A stretch of DNA of 64,000 nt from Chrysomallon squamiferum (Eukaryota; Animalia; Mollusca), in contig CM022665.1 of NCBI GenBank assembly GCA_012295275.1, forward strand, positions 10,292,001 to 10,356,000, in the 5' to 3' direction. A program made the translations under genes and the position numbers. Position 1 is the stretch's first letter. Each line of letters opens with the position of its first letter. The notes below the pieces were generated by a model. The model saw nothing but the letters and a program-made list of their open reading frames with translations. It ran no database searches and was not told where the DNA came from. Shown piece after piece: positions 1 through 13,678 of this stretch.

Positions 1-693
1 CATTTGATATGGGCCAAGAAAATACACCCACACAAATGGCTGTTTTTAAATGTCAATGAAACAATCATTATTTTAAAAAAAAGGTAAAGAAAATAAAAAT
101 ATTATATATATATATATACACATATATATATGGTTGCATTTCAAACTAACAAACTGCCATTTTTAAATATATAGTCCATAAAATTCACTTTTTTTTCTCC
201 TTTTTTTAAAAATAAATGAACAACATGCTAACCTGTTGAAATTACTATTATACTAATAGAAATTATCAACTAGAGGTGACATGTTAATATTATATATATT
301 TTAAAAAAAAGAAGAAGAAAAAAGATATAATAATACAAATTTTTATTAACGTTAATGTTAATATTGCCTGTTGGTAAATTTTAATACATTATACAACAAC
401 AGTTAACAAGAAAGAACAAGTCTTCCATTTTGATAAAATAAAACATTTAACTTGAGGTTTTCCCCCCTCTTCCACCCATTGTTAATTTTCCTCGTACACC
501 AACCCCCACACTTTCATGCAGCATTATAATTTATAATGACCAAACACAAAGAAAAAAAGGTTTGAAAATTATTTATTATAATTTATTTAAATTATGAAAA
601 ATTGGTTATTTATTCATTCCTATTAGTACTGCAGATATATTTATTTATTTATATTTAAAAGACAAATTATGAATAAAATTTGTATGTCATTGT

Positions 694-727
<34 letters not shown>

Positions 728-895
728 AACAGCTGCTGTAAAATGGTTATATTGTATAGTATTTAATGTTTCATTGCATGTTTTTCTTTTTTTGTCTTCT
801 CAATTATTTTTAATATATATATATATATTTTTAAAAATTTTTAAACTTGAAATCTCAATTTATTAAGATACTTTGGAAGATTGATAATTATTATA

Positions 896-929
<34 letters not shown>

Positions 930-1567
930 GTAAGTTTTCTATTTCATAAACATGTTTTTAATTTTTTTAATTTAATTCTTTATTTTTAATGGTCCTTTTT
1001 GCAAATATTCTGAGAAGTCGGGAGTACATGATCCAACATCACATTTTTATAATTAATACATTTTAAAAATATTTTAAAAATTTGAATGAAAATATTTATA
1101 TAATTGTAAGTCCAATTTGTTTTAGACTGTTTTTGTTTTGTTTAATTTAAATGCTTTAATGAAATTCAGTTAATGAAAATTGTTATGTTTCTGGATCATG
1201 TACCTCTGGCTCTCAACAATATTAAGGGCTGTGCAATGCCTAGCACAAAGACTAGGTAGTAATTTTTGATCTCCTTAATTTAACCGTTATTCAGCTGTTT
1301 GTGTGTTATGTACGTGTAGAATTATATATATATAATATACACGCACATATTTGTTTGGTATGTTACCTTATGTAGACATTTTTGCCCGTTGAAGGCAAAT
1401 GTATTTGTTAAACACTCCACATTATATATATTATATATATTTGAAGAAACCATGCATAATGAATGAATATGAAATGAATAAAATATAAAACTGAACATTT
1501 TGCCTTCGCTTTTTGTTTTATTAATTTTTAGATGAACTGGTGTTGCAGAATATATTTCATGAAAAGG

Positions 1568-1602
<35 letters not shown>

Positions 1603-1700
1603 AGCTAGAAACCAAAAGAGAAGAAAAAACATTACTATCTTTGAAAAATAAATGATCTGTAAAACAAAACAAAGCAGGTTTTATATATCTTAATGACATC
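1..1700 (+). other. Possible distal 3'UTR-like AU-rich segment of a gene lying upstream of the window
   Basis: Very AT-rich and CpG-poor with no ORF. Several AATAAA (e.g. ~210, ~437, ~1478, ~1647). miRNA seed matches GTCTTCCA at 420 (miR-7/GY-box) and GTGCAAT at 1231 (miR-92 family). No coding exon is visible to anchor the call. Confidence 0.25.
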
Positions 1701-2414
1701 GCAGTATGCGAGGTGCTGTGCGACAAGGGCATTTACTAACTGATGCCTCTGAAAATTAAGTAACGGATCATAAATGACGGCAGTCTAGCTCCAATATTGA
1801 ACATAAAATTTATTTTTAACGTTATTCAGCTGTAAATACTGAAAGAAATATGTTAAAACAGCAAATTCACGAAGGGTGGGGGAAGCACTTAAAAAAAAAA
1901 AAAAAAAAAAAACTAATGCACACAAAAATTGGAATCAAACAACATTTTATAACATATTTTAAAATTTATGTCTAAAAAAAAAAAAAAAAAATCTCACGTT
2001 AAAACGTAACCTCCGCATGCAGTGAAAATGTCAAATTTTATTTTATTTAATTTTTTTAACTGTGACGATTATTCTAATTCTTTAACAACCAGAAAGAAGA
2101 AATATATAAGTATATTATAAGTTAATGATCGGTTCATTTTAAACTTATATAAAATTATGTACGTGCTAATAAACATTAACATTATTATTTTACATTACAT
2201 GCTAATTTTAACATTAATGTAAGTAACATAATCATACATACACACACACACACACACACACACATACACACACATATACATACATACGTACGTTTATTTA
2301 TATATAAACACGTACGTACGTACGTACGTACATATGCATGTCGCAAGAATGAATGCGGTCACCTTTTCATGTGTTATTTTTCAGTTATCTCTCTCTTACT
2401 TAAAAAAAAAAAAC

Positions 2415-2645
2415 AACAGAAGGCCACGCTCTTCTTGTAAACGGTAAACACACCCTCAGATTACTTGCTTACTATGGGGATTCTAACTGGTTGTGTTTAA
2501 CGTTTACAGCAGATGGTTGCAAATTGCGAACATGAGGTATTTAGTTACAGAATCAGCTGACTGCTTTCTGCATATGACATAACCCAAATTCACTGGGGAG
2601 CAGTAGAACTGTAAACAAACAAGGAATTTCAAGGTTATGTACCAC
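2415..2645. promoter_or_regulatory. Candidate enhancer island with Forkhead-like, E-box and NR5A-like motifs
   Basis: Unique sequence between A-tracts containing repeated GTAAAC/GTTTAC cores (incl. GTAAACAAACA at 2611), E-boxes CAGATG, CAGCTG and CATATG, and TCAAGGTTA at ~2630. Confidence 0.3.
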
Positions 2646-2810
2646 TGATCAAAACTGACAGATCTGTGAAAAAAAAAAAAAAGAAAAAAAAGAAAGAAAG
2701 AAAGAAAAAAAGAAATTCTTCAGAATACAGTTATATATAAATAAATTTATTCTTTTGAGTTGCAATAAATTTGTTGGTGTTTTTTTTTTTTTTTTTTTCC
2801 CCTCCGCAGG

Positions 2811-2841
<31 letters not shown>

Positions 2842-3374
2842 TTTATTTGGGTATCTGTTGAATAAATTAATTTTTTAAAACTTATAAACTGTGGAAAAAC
2901 GAAACAAAATGAAAAAAACAACAACAAAACAAGAAAAGAAACACACAACCAAAACACAAAACAGAAACAAAAAACAAAGCAGCAACCTACCCACCCTCAA
3001 AAAAAAAACCCAACAACAACAGCAACAAAATTATAAAACAAAAATAAGAATCGAAACCAAAACAAAAATTTCCCAAGCTTTATTAATACATGGTACAGAG
3101 TTAACGTTTCAGTTTCCTGTTGGAAATTCCCTAATTCGGTTTCACCTTTGAGCCCGCTACTACTTCTACTCTTGTTGTTGATCAACCCTGAACTCCTCCC
3201 TGTGTCAGTGTCTTGATAGCAGAGTGTACACTTTGTATAGCATTATCTCACCGTGTTAGCACGCACTGCAGCTTATTAAGCAAGAACAAAGAGAAAAGAG
3301 GATCAATGGCCAGATATATGAGAATGTCAAGATAAATCTGTGTTCATTATCTGATACAGCAAGTTCAACATACG

Positions 3375-3632
3375 TGTGTCTGTGTGTCTGTCTCCGGAAT
3401 CATCCACTCGCACTTTCTCTCTGTCTCACCTTTTCTCTGTTTATCTCTCTCCCTGTCTGTCTATTTCTCTATCCCCGTCTCTCTATTTCTCCCTGCTCTC
3501 CCATCCCCTTCCCTCTCCGTGTTTCCACTGCACCCTCACTTTCCCTCCCTCCCGTTCCCTCTTTCTGTCTCACCTAATAATTCCAGTTCTTAACGTTCCC
3601 CATCTTTCAGTCTCTCTCTGTAAGAGTGCATA

Positions 3633-3711
<79 letters not shown>

Positions 3712-3732
3712 GAACACACGCACGAACACACA
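3375..3732. repeat. Degenerate CT-rich tract followed by (CA)n microsatellite
   Basis: Pyrimidine-rich 3400-3620 and long (CA)n from ~3634. Confidence 0.95.
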
Positions 3733-4489
3733 GAATCACATACAGATTTTCATCGACAGACAAAATTATTATGGATATAAATTCAACACGAAACTGATTG
3801 ATTTCTACTTCGACGCTCTTTTATACACGATCTTTTGACGTTTCTCGATACATGTAAGTTAATGCATTCACATGGAGATAAATATAGACTGAAACGTTTG
3901 CCATTGACACTTAATAAGCTTTATTATTTTTGATAACGAGCAGAAATTTGATTTGACATTTTGAATATCGATCTTTACTTCTCTCTATTTTTATATAGTC
4001 TTGTAATCTGCAAAGTGTGTTTATCTACTGGGTGTGTCTGATATTTGGAAAAATATATTTACTTACTTAGCAGTTTTTATCTGCATGTATATGTGCATAT
4101 GTGTATATATCCCAGTATGGGTGTATGTATATGTGTGAATGTCTGCGTATACAAATGTATGGATGTATGCATATTTATTAAAGTGTGTACTGTGTGTAAA
4201 ACTATTTTAAAAAAAAAAAAAAAGCCTAGCTGTGAAAAAGGTTGAATTCATGACAATACCAAAGAAAATGCATCTTTTGCTACAGTGTATCATAAATCAG
4301 TAGAAAAATACTAAATAAAATGAAATAAAAGAAAAGAAAAGAAAAGAAAAAAAACAAAAAACGAAAAATGAAATGAATTGAAATAAAATATAACTGACGA
4401 GATTCGGATTATAATGATACGCCACACCACTTCATTCACACCACTGACCTTCTTGGTCATTTTGGTCATCTTAAAAAAAGAAAACAGTT

Positions 4490-4850
4490 TTCAAATCTGC
4501 CATCTGTCTGGTCATAGTGCAACAGTTGACACCTGTTGAATAAAGTACCCGTTGGCTCCAATTGCATTGTTTTCGTTGACCACAGTCCAGCAGGTGTATA
4601 ATTTTCTTTGAAAATGTTGAAGGAGCTAGCTTGGGTCAAGGCTTTTGCCTTGTCGTGTGCTGCTGGCCAATAGAACCTGTTGCTTTGGCAAAGCAGCGGA
4701 AGATTTGTTTGTGTCTTGTTTGCCAGTGAATTAATTGTGTGTTATAGCAACACAAATACTTCCATCGCTTGTCCTAAACTATTGTCCTAAAAAGCGGTTA
4801 AAACTCGAATGAGCTGGTGTGGTCCGCCTTTTATCCGAGGAGGAAAATAA
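4490..4850. promoter_or_regulatory. Candidate enhancer island with E-box cluster
   Basis: CATCTG (4501), CAGTTG (~4523), CACCTG (~4530), CAATTG (~4559) and GCAGGTG (~4590) within 100 bp; CCAAT near 4667. Confidence 0.3.
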
Positions 4851-6174
4851 AACAGAAAGAAATGGAAAAAAAAAAAATATGGACATATGGTTGATGATGT
4901 CATTTCGGAATTTTGGCGGGTTTTTTTCCTTCTTTCCTTGTCTTCTTGTTCATGGTTGACTAAAAAAATGGTATGAGTTAATTAACAAGTGTTTGGGGTT
5001 TAGTGACCCTTGTCCGTGAAGAACAGTTAACAAAAGATGTGATTCACCATCACTAACACTGTACTTTAAACGTTCTTGCATAAGAATGTGTTACTGGGAT
5101 CAGTTCATAGTAACAGCTCCACCACTGGGAATATATATGTAAGACCACTATATAAATTACTTATATATTAAGCCTTTTTTTTATCTTTTCACAAAGATAT
5201 ACATGTTCGACAGTGGTTTGCTTTTACCAAATCTTCATAACTGACGGCAAATAATGACAACGATGACGATAACAAGGATGATGATATTTACCCGATGATG
5301 AATAACACAGACGTTTCTTACCTTATTTGGATAGTAAAGCGATATACGTAATGCATCTTGAATAAAATTCTTTTGGTATAAATCGTTTAAAATAACATTA
5401 TAGTACCTGGCTTTTGACAAATTTCGAAACTTGGATATGCGTAATGACATTAAACGCTGGATCGCTTCTCGGTGCTGGCATCTTTTGAGATTCAACTGCA
5501 GAGGTGTAAGATAACAAAATGAGTTAAATTTATAACTTCATAACCATAAAGCCAAGAATTTTTTTTTTTTTTTTTTTTTTTTTAACTGCATCTCAGACAC
5601 ATGCCATTATAGCATTTGTCATACAAGCAAGTTTAAAGTTTTGAAAAAGTTTTGAAAATGTTTTGAAAAAGTTTATAACCAAAGCAAATGTTTCGTATGA
5701 ACTCTGAACAAGTCCAAGGAAAATTATCTGTTCGGCAAAACGCCAGTGCGTTGTTAGCACTGCCTTGTTTACACCAAATGATCTAAAACACATCAAATTT
5801 GCCATCAAGTGGCTAACGCAGCTTATCTAAATTGTTAGAGATAAATCGACACTTTCGTTCTAGCTCTTGTCCTCGTATTAACCCCTATAATTATACTGCA
5901 GTATAATCAGCTATTGTCGCCAGCTTCACTATTTGCTGATGAGAGCTAAATGAAGGTTGATAAAAGGAAAACAAATCAGTTTTATACGTACAGACTGATG
6001 TTTTTATTCTATAACATGCACGTACATGCACAGTTACGCACACACACATATAGTTACACATATGTAATTATCGTAAAATTAATTATAATTGTATCATCGG
6101 CACTCGAATTGAAAAAATTTAAAATTACTTACATACATATTTTAGATCGTACCTACAACATTTTTCCCTTTCAT

Positions 6175-6335
6175 TAGGATTATTTTATGTGAATTTTCCG
6201 ACTGGAGGAAATCACATACTACACCATTACAAAACTGCTCGTGGAGCGATTGTTAGAACGGAATATAGCTCCACGGGTGCACTAAAAATGATAGATCCTG
6301 ATGCCAAATACTTTTCATGTTAGCACATTAAAGAT
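6175..6335 (-). mobile_element. Degenerate tRNA-derived SINE fragment
   Basis: Order of motifs (TTTTATGTGAATTTTCCGACTGGAGGAAATCACATAC...GGAATATAGCTCC...GATCCTG) parallels the copy at 33950-34140. Confidence 0.4.
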
Positions 6336-6654
6336 ATAGATTATACCATTATTTATTTATTTATTTATTTGTATACGCAGAAAACTCTAGGCTTATACTT
6401 GACCTATCTTTTATGTTTTTGTATCGTTTCAGTTTCGGTAGAAGTAGATACAGAAACACGTTGGTTGAATGATTTATGTCCTGTTAGTAACATTGCGAAA
6501 CGTACCACGTGTTAATTGTTATCTATCTACAGTGAAAGAGAACACGTGTTTTTAATACGTTAAATTATACCATGTTAAATGCTACAGCTGAAGTAGCATG
6601 GAAGAAAACTGACATAAATATAGAAACAGCCGACATGCGATTTAAATTGTTTCC

Positions 6655-6657
6655 CAT

Positions 6658-6700
<43 letters not shown>

Positions 6701-6839
6701 TTGTTGTTGTTAAAATATTAGAAGGAAATATTTTGTATCACATGGTTCTGTCTTCTTTCCATGGCACCAAACGCAGCCTTTTCAATTATTAATACCATTG
6801 CTCAAAAGACCCACAAAACAGAATAACATCTTATTATAT

Positions 6840-6908
<69 letters not shown>
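6655..6908. repeat. (TTTA)n and (CA)n microsatellites
   Basis: Direct reading. Confidence 0.95.
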
Positions 6909-6911
<3 letters not shown>

Positions 6912-7356
6912 GGACACGCTCATACATATCTCTCACGTCTCATTTACAAGTAGATCATAACAGTATATAACAAACTGTATTACGAATCTATTTTCCCCAT
7001 GATATGTTCTTAAAAGGCTTGGGCAATTTATTATTGTTATTATTCTTATATGGTAATGTAATAGATTCCTACTACTAATAATATGTCTCGTTAGAAGCGA
7101 GCAAAGGTCGGTGTTTGAAAGCGAGACACGCGTTGAAGACATAAAAACATGAATTAATTCTTATCTGTTTTCTGCACCTTGTGGGAAAAAAAATGTCCCG
7201 TCGTTCAGCACGAGGAGTCATTATAAGAGATATCTCAGTCATGATCGATAAATGTTAGGTAGTAGGATCAAATCTCGATAATGGCGTGGTGGATTATTTT
7301 TCGTTTAAATAAATTTCATCCTCTGTTTTTGTTTCGTTTATGTGCGATGTTGAAGA

Positions 7357-7462
<106 letters not shown>

Positions 7463-7519
7463 GCACGTACTGTTCACATCTAATATAAAACTACATCATA
7501 TTTATTAGAGGTTAGAAAC

Positions 7520-7650
7520 ACTTCTAAATCTTACACCAACCTGCCTTTGGCTTACAGTAATAATGCGTTTTAAAAACATCCTTATTTAACTCTGTTTCAA
7601 TAACCAGTAATTAAAAATTGTGTTTATGCGTCATTAAACAATCATGTTTT
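7520..7650 (+). mobile_element. Degenerate SINE 3' tail fragment
   Basis: ...AATTAAAAATTGTGTTTATGCGTCATTAAACAATCATG resembles the tail at 25200-25250 (AAAATGCGTTTTTAAATAAAAACATTTCATCC) and the reverse complement of the start of the 15135 copy. Confidence 0.35.
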
Positions 7651-7819
7651 TTTTTTTTAGCAGTGTAAGTAAATCTATCGGCTATATTGCCAAGATGATG
7701 TAAGTAATTAAAAAATTTCGGTTCCCTGGAGAAGGTAATTAATGAACACAGTTATTATCATGTTTATGGTTTTATTAGCTTAGACATGTACTATACACCT
7801 TTAGTTTTCAATATCTACT

Positions 7820-8100
7820 GTTAATAATAATAAATAATTTTAATAATAATAATAATGATGATGACGATGATGATAATAATAATTTTAATGACGATAACGA
7901 TGATAACAGTAACAACGATATTGATAACAATAATGGTAGTTTTGAGTTCATAATCATCACCATCATCATTATTATTTTTAGCAACAGCAGCAGTATTAGT
8001 ATTAGTGTTAGTTGAAGCTGTAGTAGTAGTAGTAGTTGTCGTAGTAGCACTACTACTACTACTACTAATGAAGTATGTATAATAATAATAATAATAAAAT
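7820..8100. repeat. Compound degenerate trinucleotide repeat (AAT/ATG/GTA/TAC) with internal polarity inversion
   Basis: (GTA)n 8020-8036 faces (TAC)n 8049-8065. Confidence 0.9.
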
Positions 8101-8149
8101 GGAGAAGGAGCAAAAAGATAACAAAAACATTATTTAAGATAAAATAAAA

Positions 8150-8620
8150 CCGAAGAATCACGAACTGACACGGTTTTTGCTAGGCGATTCACGTGTCATA
8201 TCGCTCGTACCTGACCAGGCCTATATCTTTCGATATTTTCACTGCTGACGTCAACTTGCTGACTCAGTAGTGTTTACTTGGCCGTTCGTTTGCTTTCCAC
8301 CTGTTAAACGCACATGGCGGAGCAAGTGCAGTGTACACAGTGTCAAAACTGTCTCTGATCGTTGAATCGAGGTCTTTGTATTTAAATGGACGCGACAAAC
8401 ACAGCGCTTCCGTGTCACATGTTTCAGTTCGGTTTTGGATTGCTTGTTATCAAATATAAATATCAACCGAGACTGGTGTCACGTGACATTATTGATCATT
8501 ATTGTTTTGTTGTTGATTTTTTTTCGCCTTCTTTCTGGTAAACGATATTGATTTGAAAACAAGGGACTGTGCGAGAAAAACTGAGTGAAAAGCTAATTGA
8601 ATTGGTAACTGAGATCTGTT
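8150..8620. promoter_or_regulatory. Motif-dense CpG-containing island (CRE/MARE, Fox, CACGTG E-boxes, TALE)
   Basis: TGACGTCA at 8246, TGCTGACTCAGTA at ~8257, TGTTTAC at 8271, palindrome TGTCACGTGACA at 8477-8488, CACGTG at ~8190, six TGACA/TGTCA. Confidence 0.45.
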
Positions 8621-8657
8621 GAGTTATATATCACTTTTTAGAAAATTCACGAGAATG

Positions 8658-8694
<37 letters not shown>

Positions 8695-8975
8695 TTTAAT
8701 AAAATTGCGAAACACTTTTGTGTGCATATGACACGCGCAACCCCTGTGTGTGTGTGTCCTTGTGAATTGATTATAATATGCACGTGCGGGATATAACGGT
8801 CTGCTTCGGAGCTTAATTCATGAAACAGCTTGCGTTATTAATATATGAGATAGCGTTAATTTATTCATAAATATTCAATCAAAATCGCCGACACAAAAAC
8901 TCAACAGCGGCGTGTCAAACTGTTATTGATTGAATTTTTATATTTTATAATCTTAATGATCAAAAATTAAACAGG

Positions 8976-8979
<4 letters not shown>

Positions 8980-9047
<68 letters not shown>
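8980..9047. repeat. (GA)n microsatellite
   Basis: Direct reading. Confidence 0.97.
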
Positions 9048-9049
<2 letters not shown>

Positions 9050-10262
9050 TTTTAATGATTTTACTGGATTTCTTATTAATAAAAATGAAATTTAATTATA
9101 AATGAAGATAAATCATGTATATGTATGTACGTATGTGCGAATATATATGTAAGTGCGTAGTGTTGTATATATATATATATATATATATACTTCTTTATAA
9201 CGTATATACATATTGCTGCATGCCTATGTATATAAATAGGTATTTTCCCAAAATGCGTGAAACATTAACATTCTACACCTTACTCAAATGAACAAAAAAA
9301 GTGTTTTGCTACGCTTAATTTCTCTTATTTTATTATTATTATTTTTTTTTTTTTTCACCCGCTATTAGTTTTTCCAAATGGTGTACTGGTTAAACTTTGA
9401 GTATTTAAAATTTATTCAGCAGAAAAAAATAAAAAATAAAAAATCTCAAATTTTTCTATATATTTTTTTTTATTGTTAAAACTGCGGTCAATAAAACCGT
9501 AGATATTCCATATTCTTTGTACCATGGTACACACCATTAGTCGCTTTTAGACACAGTAAGTTCGTAATGGTGACAGAATGCAAATTGTCATGATCAGTAT
9601 TCACCCAAGCCTTACCATCTCCATGCTAATGTGTTGAATATTTAAAGGAAATCTGACGATAACGGACGCTAGTGACCAACGCCGCCGGCTAACTGACCGG
9701 ACCTTTGCCGTTTAGTTATGCCCGTAGAACAGCGTAACGACCTACAAGTTTATAACATATACAGAACATTAGCACTTTAATGTGCGTCTGGCCTGGGGGG
9801 GCTGTCTCGCTTGACATGCCTTTATGATACCCTCTGACAGAAGATGGAAAGCTAAAATGACTCACTGTTGGTCAATGTTTTATATATGTATATATATATA
9901 TATATGTATGTATGTTTTTCAGTTTCTGTCAATAAAATGTTTAAACGTCAGTTAGAAACGTTTTGGCTCCGGCAGTTTGACCTTGGACAAAAACAGGCTA
10001 CAGATTATCTGAGAAAACAAATAAAAAGTGTTTTGTTATATATTTTTAATACTCTCTCTTCCCCCCTTTCATTTCTGTCTTTCTTTCTTTCGTTATTTAT
10101 TTATTTATTCTTTTTCTTGCCGATATCAGTATCTGGTAGGTGTATGTGTATGTATGTGTGTGTGTGTGTGTATATATACATATATACGATCATTCACATG
10201 AGTTTGTATGTAAAAATAATAATATGTACATACGTACGTACGTTTAGGTATGTATGTGTGTG

Positions 10263-10307
<45 letters not shown>

Positions 10308-10371
10308 GTATGTATGTACGTATGTATGAATGTATGTATGTATGTATGATTATATATACGTTAATCGTGTA

Positions 10372-10730
10372 ATGAGTCATACTTCTCAAATTACCTGAGT
10401 CACATTCGTCAAATTACCGGAGATATACTTCTCAAATTACCTGAGTCATATTCCTTAAATTACCTGAGATGTATTCCAGAAACTTCCTGAATGATATATG
10501 GCAGATTATTTCGTTCACATTTCATAATTACCTGCTTTGTAGATTATAAAATTTATATGAATTACGTACACTGGATTCATTAATTCATATTCCAAAAACT
10601 ACCTGAGTTACATTCAACAAATTATCTAAGCTATACATTCCACTAACTATCTTAGTTACATTCAACTAATTAACCCGAGTCATTTTACACAAATCATTTG
10701 ACTAATATTCCACAGACTACCTGAATCGTG
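10372..10730. repeat. 23-bp period minisatellite (approx. AAATTACCTGAGTCATATTCYTC), ~15 degenerate copies
   Basis: TGAGTCA at 10373, 10396 and 10442; AAATTACC recurs every 23 bp; identity decays rightwards. Confidence 0.9.
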
Positions 10731-11916
10731 TTGCGCATCCAGTTCTCAACCCATTTTTCACGATGAAATTAATTGATTTTCTTCCTTAATGCCCGATTTA
10801 CTTAGGAAATCGTGCACATCCGGCGTCTTGTAGTTTTGCCAGGACGTGTTTAGTGCCGGGACACGTGCAGTCACGCCATACTTCGCCAGTTTCTATTAGT
10901 CGCCATTTCTTATCAGCGCACGTACGTTAATTGACGTCATAATAAAAATTAAATCAGATTTTTTTTTTTCTTTCCTCTGCGTTTTATCAGATTCTGTACC
11001 GACGCATGTTTTTTTTCCTAATTTCCCATGACTTGCAGAGTATCACGATAGCGTACAGATTTCTTATTATTTGTTTTCGTTACAGTATGATTAAATTCGT
11101 CATAATGTGGTTTAATTAGTTGTCACAGTCAGTAATGGAGGTACAGATGTTAGGGCGGTAGAGCTTGAATGCAGTGACAGAAAAAGAGCAGTACCAGAGC
11201 TGTATGTACATGCATACGTACAAATATACATTTATAAAGAGCACATACATTATTTTTATTATTATTATTATTATTATTTTTTTTTATAATAGAATATGGC
11301 TGATTGTTTATTGTCTGTTGTTTATATTTAACAAACATTCTGTTTACCTATTCGTCTTTATTTCACACATTCAAACCCTTTTTGATTCATTACCCTTACA
11401 ACAACAGAATAAACTGTACGTTACCAATATGGGTACAAAAAAGTATATGTTTTATTTATAACGTTCAATATAGATGTATTACGTCAGAATCGTGATTGTT
11501 TATTTATGAAATAAAAAAAATAAAAAAGAAGAAAATAAAAAGAAGAATCAATTCAATCATAAAATGTTTGCGTATATATTTATTGATTTGTTCTTCTAGT
11601 TGATCTAATGACGGAAATAAAATAATATCTAGAAAAAAACAAGCAAAAACAACAACAAAAAACAACTTTTCGCTTCTTTTTTTTTCTTTTTTTCTCAATT
11701 CTATAAGAAAATCCATTGCGTTGCCAAGCTTTTATTTTATGCTACTTAGTCTAACACACTTCCCGTTATAAGCCAGCATCACGTAGAATTTAAATACGTC
11801 TCTGAAAAGAATTTTAAACAACATTATGTCCCAACGAAGTAAGAGTTCAAACTGATTATCTCAGTACATGTATATTAATTCACTACACACACCACACATA
11901 TATATATATATATACA

Positions 11917-11947
<31 letters not shown>

Positions 11948-13111
11948 CACACATACCTATATACATACATATATAAATACAGCCAAGGCTATACGCTGAA
12001 TATCGGGTTTGCTCAAAAACATCTTTGTTTTGATATGAAGTTATTGCTGAAGGCGTCAGTAAATATTTCTTTGTATTTTTTTTTTTTTTTTAAATACAGT
12101 GAAATGTTTTGATTAATAGACATAACTGGCTTATGTTTTAAATTTATACACATTACTTATTATACAAAAACATGTATGTTAATAGTGCGTTTAATCTTGT
12201 CTTGTTTATTATCCATCGTACATCGTTCTGTTCATTCCAGCTATTCCAACTATACATCCATCCGTCCTTCTCTCATCCATCCGTCCTTCCATTCATCCAT
12301 CAATCCATGACTATTCTTTGTCTATATGTACTCGCACAATCACATATGTGTACATATATACGCACACACATACATAGATATGTATACATACACATACGTG
12401 CACACATATATATTCAAATATACAAACACTTTAACATATATTTACATACTCACACACATACAGACACACAAACACATACAAAACATATACACACATCTGT
12501 ACACACATATACGCACATATATAAATACATAAACGTACACACACACACACACACACACACACATTACTTCACGTTGATAATTTCAGACATCACGACAAGA
12601 CCCGTGTAAAAATCACTCAGTCGTGTTTACATAGGTGATGTTTGAGAGAAAACTTTCTTCCCACAGAGTTCTATATCATTTGGCGAGGTTGTTCTTGAAA
12701 AGCATATCGTTACGACGACAGCCGTGTTCCGATCAACGCAAGACAGATGATAAACACAGCACATGTCATGTATTTTCGTGTAAACATATTTCTTGCATAT
12801 GAACCCGTGTCATTCCCAAGCCCACCTGGGTTCTGGTGGTATTTGACGTGACCTTTACCTATGGCGTAGGTACGTTACCGTATAGACGTGTAGACAGGCC
12901 AAGGTCTTTTTGCAATACAACGGTACATAACGTTACATGTATTTACAGACGGAGGAGTTCAGTGTTTACGAGATTTAAAAAAAAAAAAAAAAAGAAAGTT
13001 GTCGATGGAGATTATTATGTACTGTGGAGACTTTTAAATTATTCTTTATAATTCTTTTGATAGTTGAGGTTTAATATTTTATATAAATTAAATTTCTTTC
13101 TCATTAAAGTT

Positions 13112-13182
<71 letters not shown>

Positions 13183-13285
13183 TAAAATAGTAATAATAAC
13201 AACAACAACAACCACAATAATAAAAATGATGATGATGATAATAATAATAATAATAACAACAGCAACAACAACAACAGTAATAAAG
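13112..13285. repeat. Compound (AAT)n/(AAC)n/(ATG)n microsatellite
   Basis: Direct reading; source of the poly-I/T/V pseudo-ORFs. Confidence 0.95.
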
Positions 13286-13638
13286 AGATAAATGAGGTAA
13301 AAAGAATAAATAATAATAAAAAAAAACAACTTAAAACAGCCTGTAACTTCTGGTAAGAACAAAGTTTCAGTTTAATTTTTCGAAGGTTTACGGTATTTGG
13401 CGGGATTTTGTAACGACGACATTTACACTTGTCCTTCCGGCAGATTTTCACCCTCAGATGTCAGACATTTTTATTTTAGCGATCATACAGTGTCACAGTT
13501 AGACACAGTTTTGTGTCATCCTTGTTTCGTGCTGTAAGCTAATAATCTGTAATTTTCAGTTTTTATAGCATTTGTCTTTAGTAGGTGAATAATAATTAGA
13601 AATGAATGTTCATTGGAAACGTGTTTGTGTGTCTTCGT

Positions 13639-13678
<40 letters not shown>

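Noticed and set aside
8379-8430. TATA (TATTTAAA) + Inr (TCAGTT) core promoter
   Set aside because: Spacing is ~47 bp rather than ~30 bp
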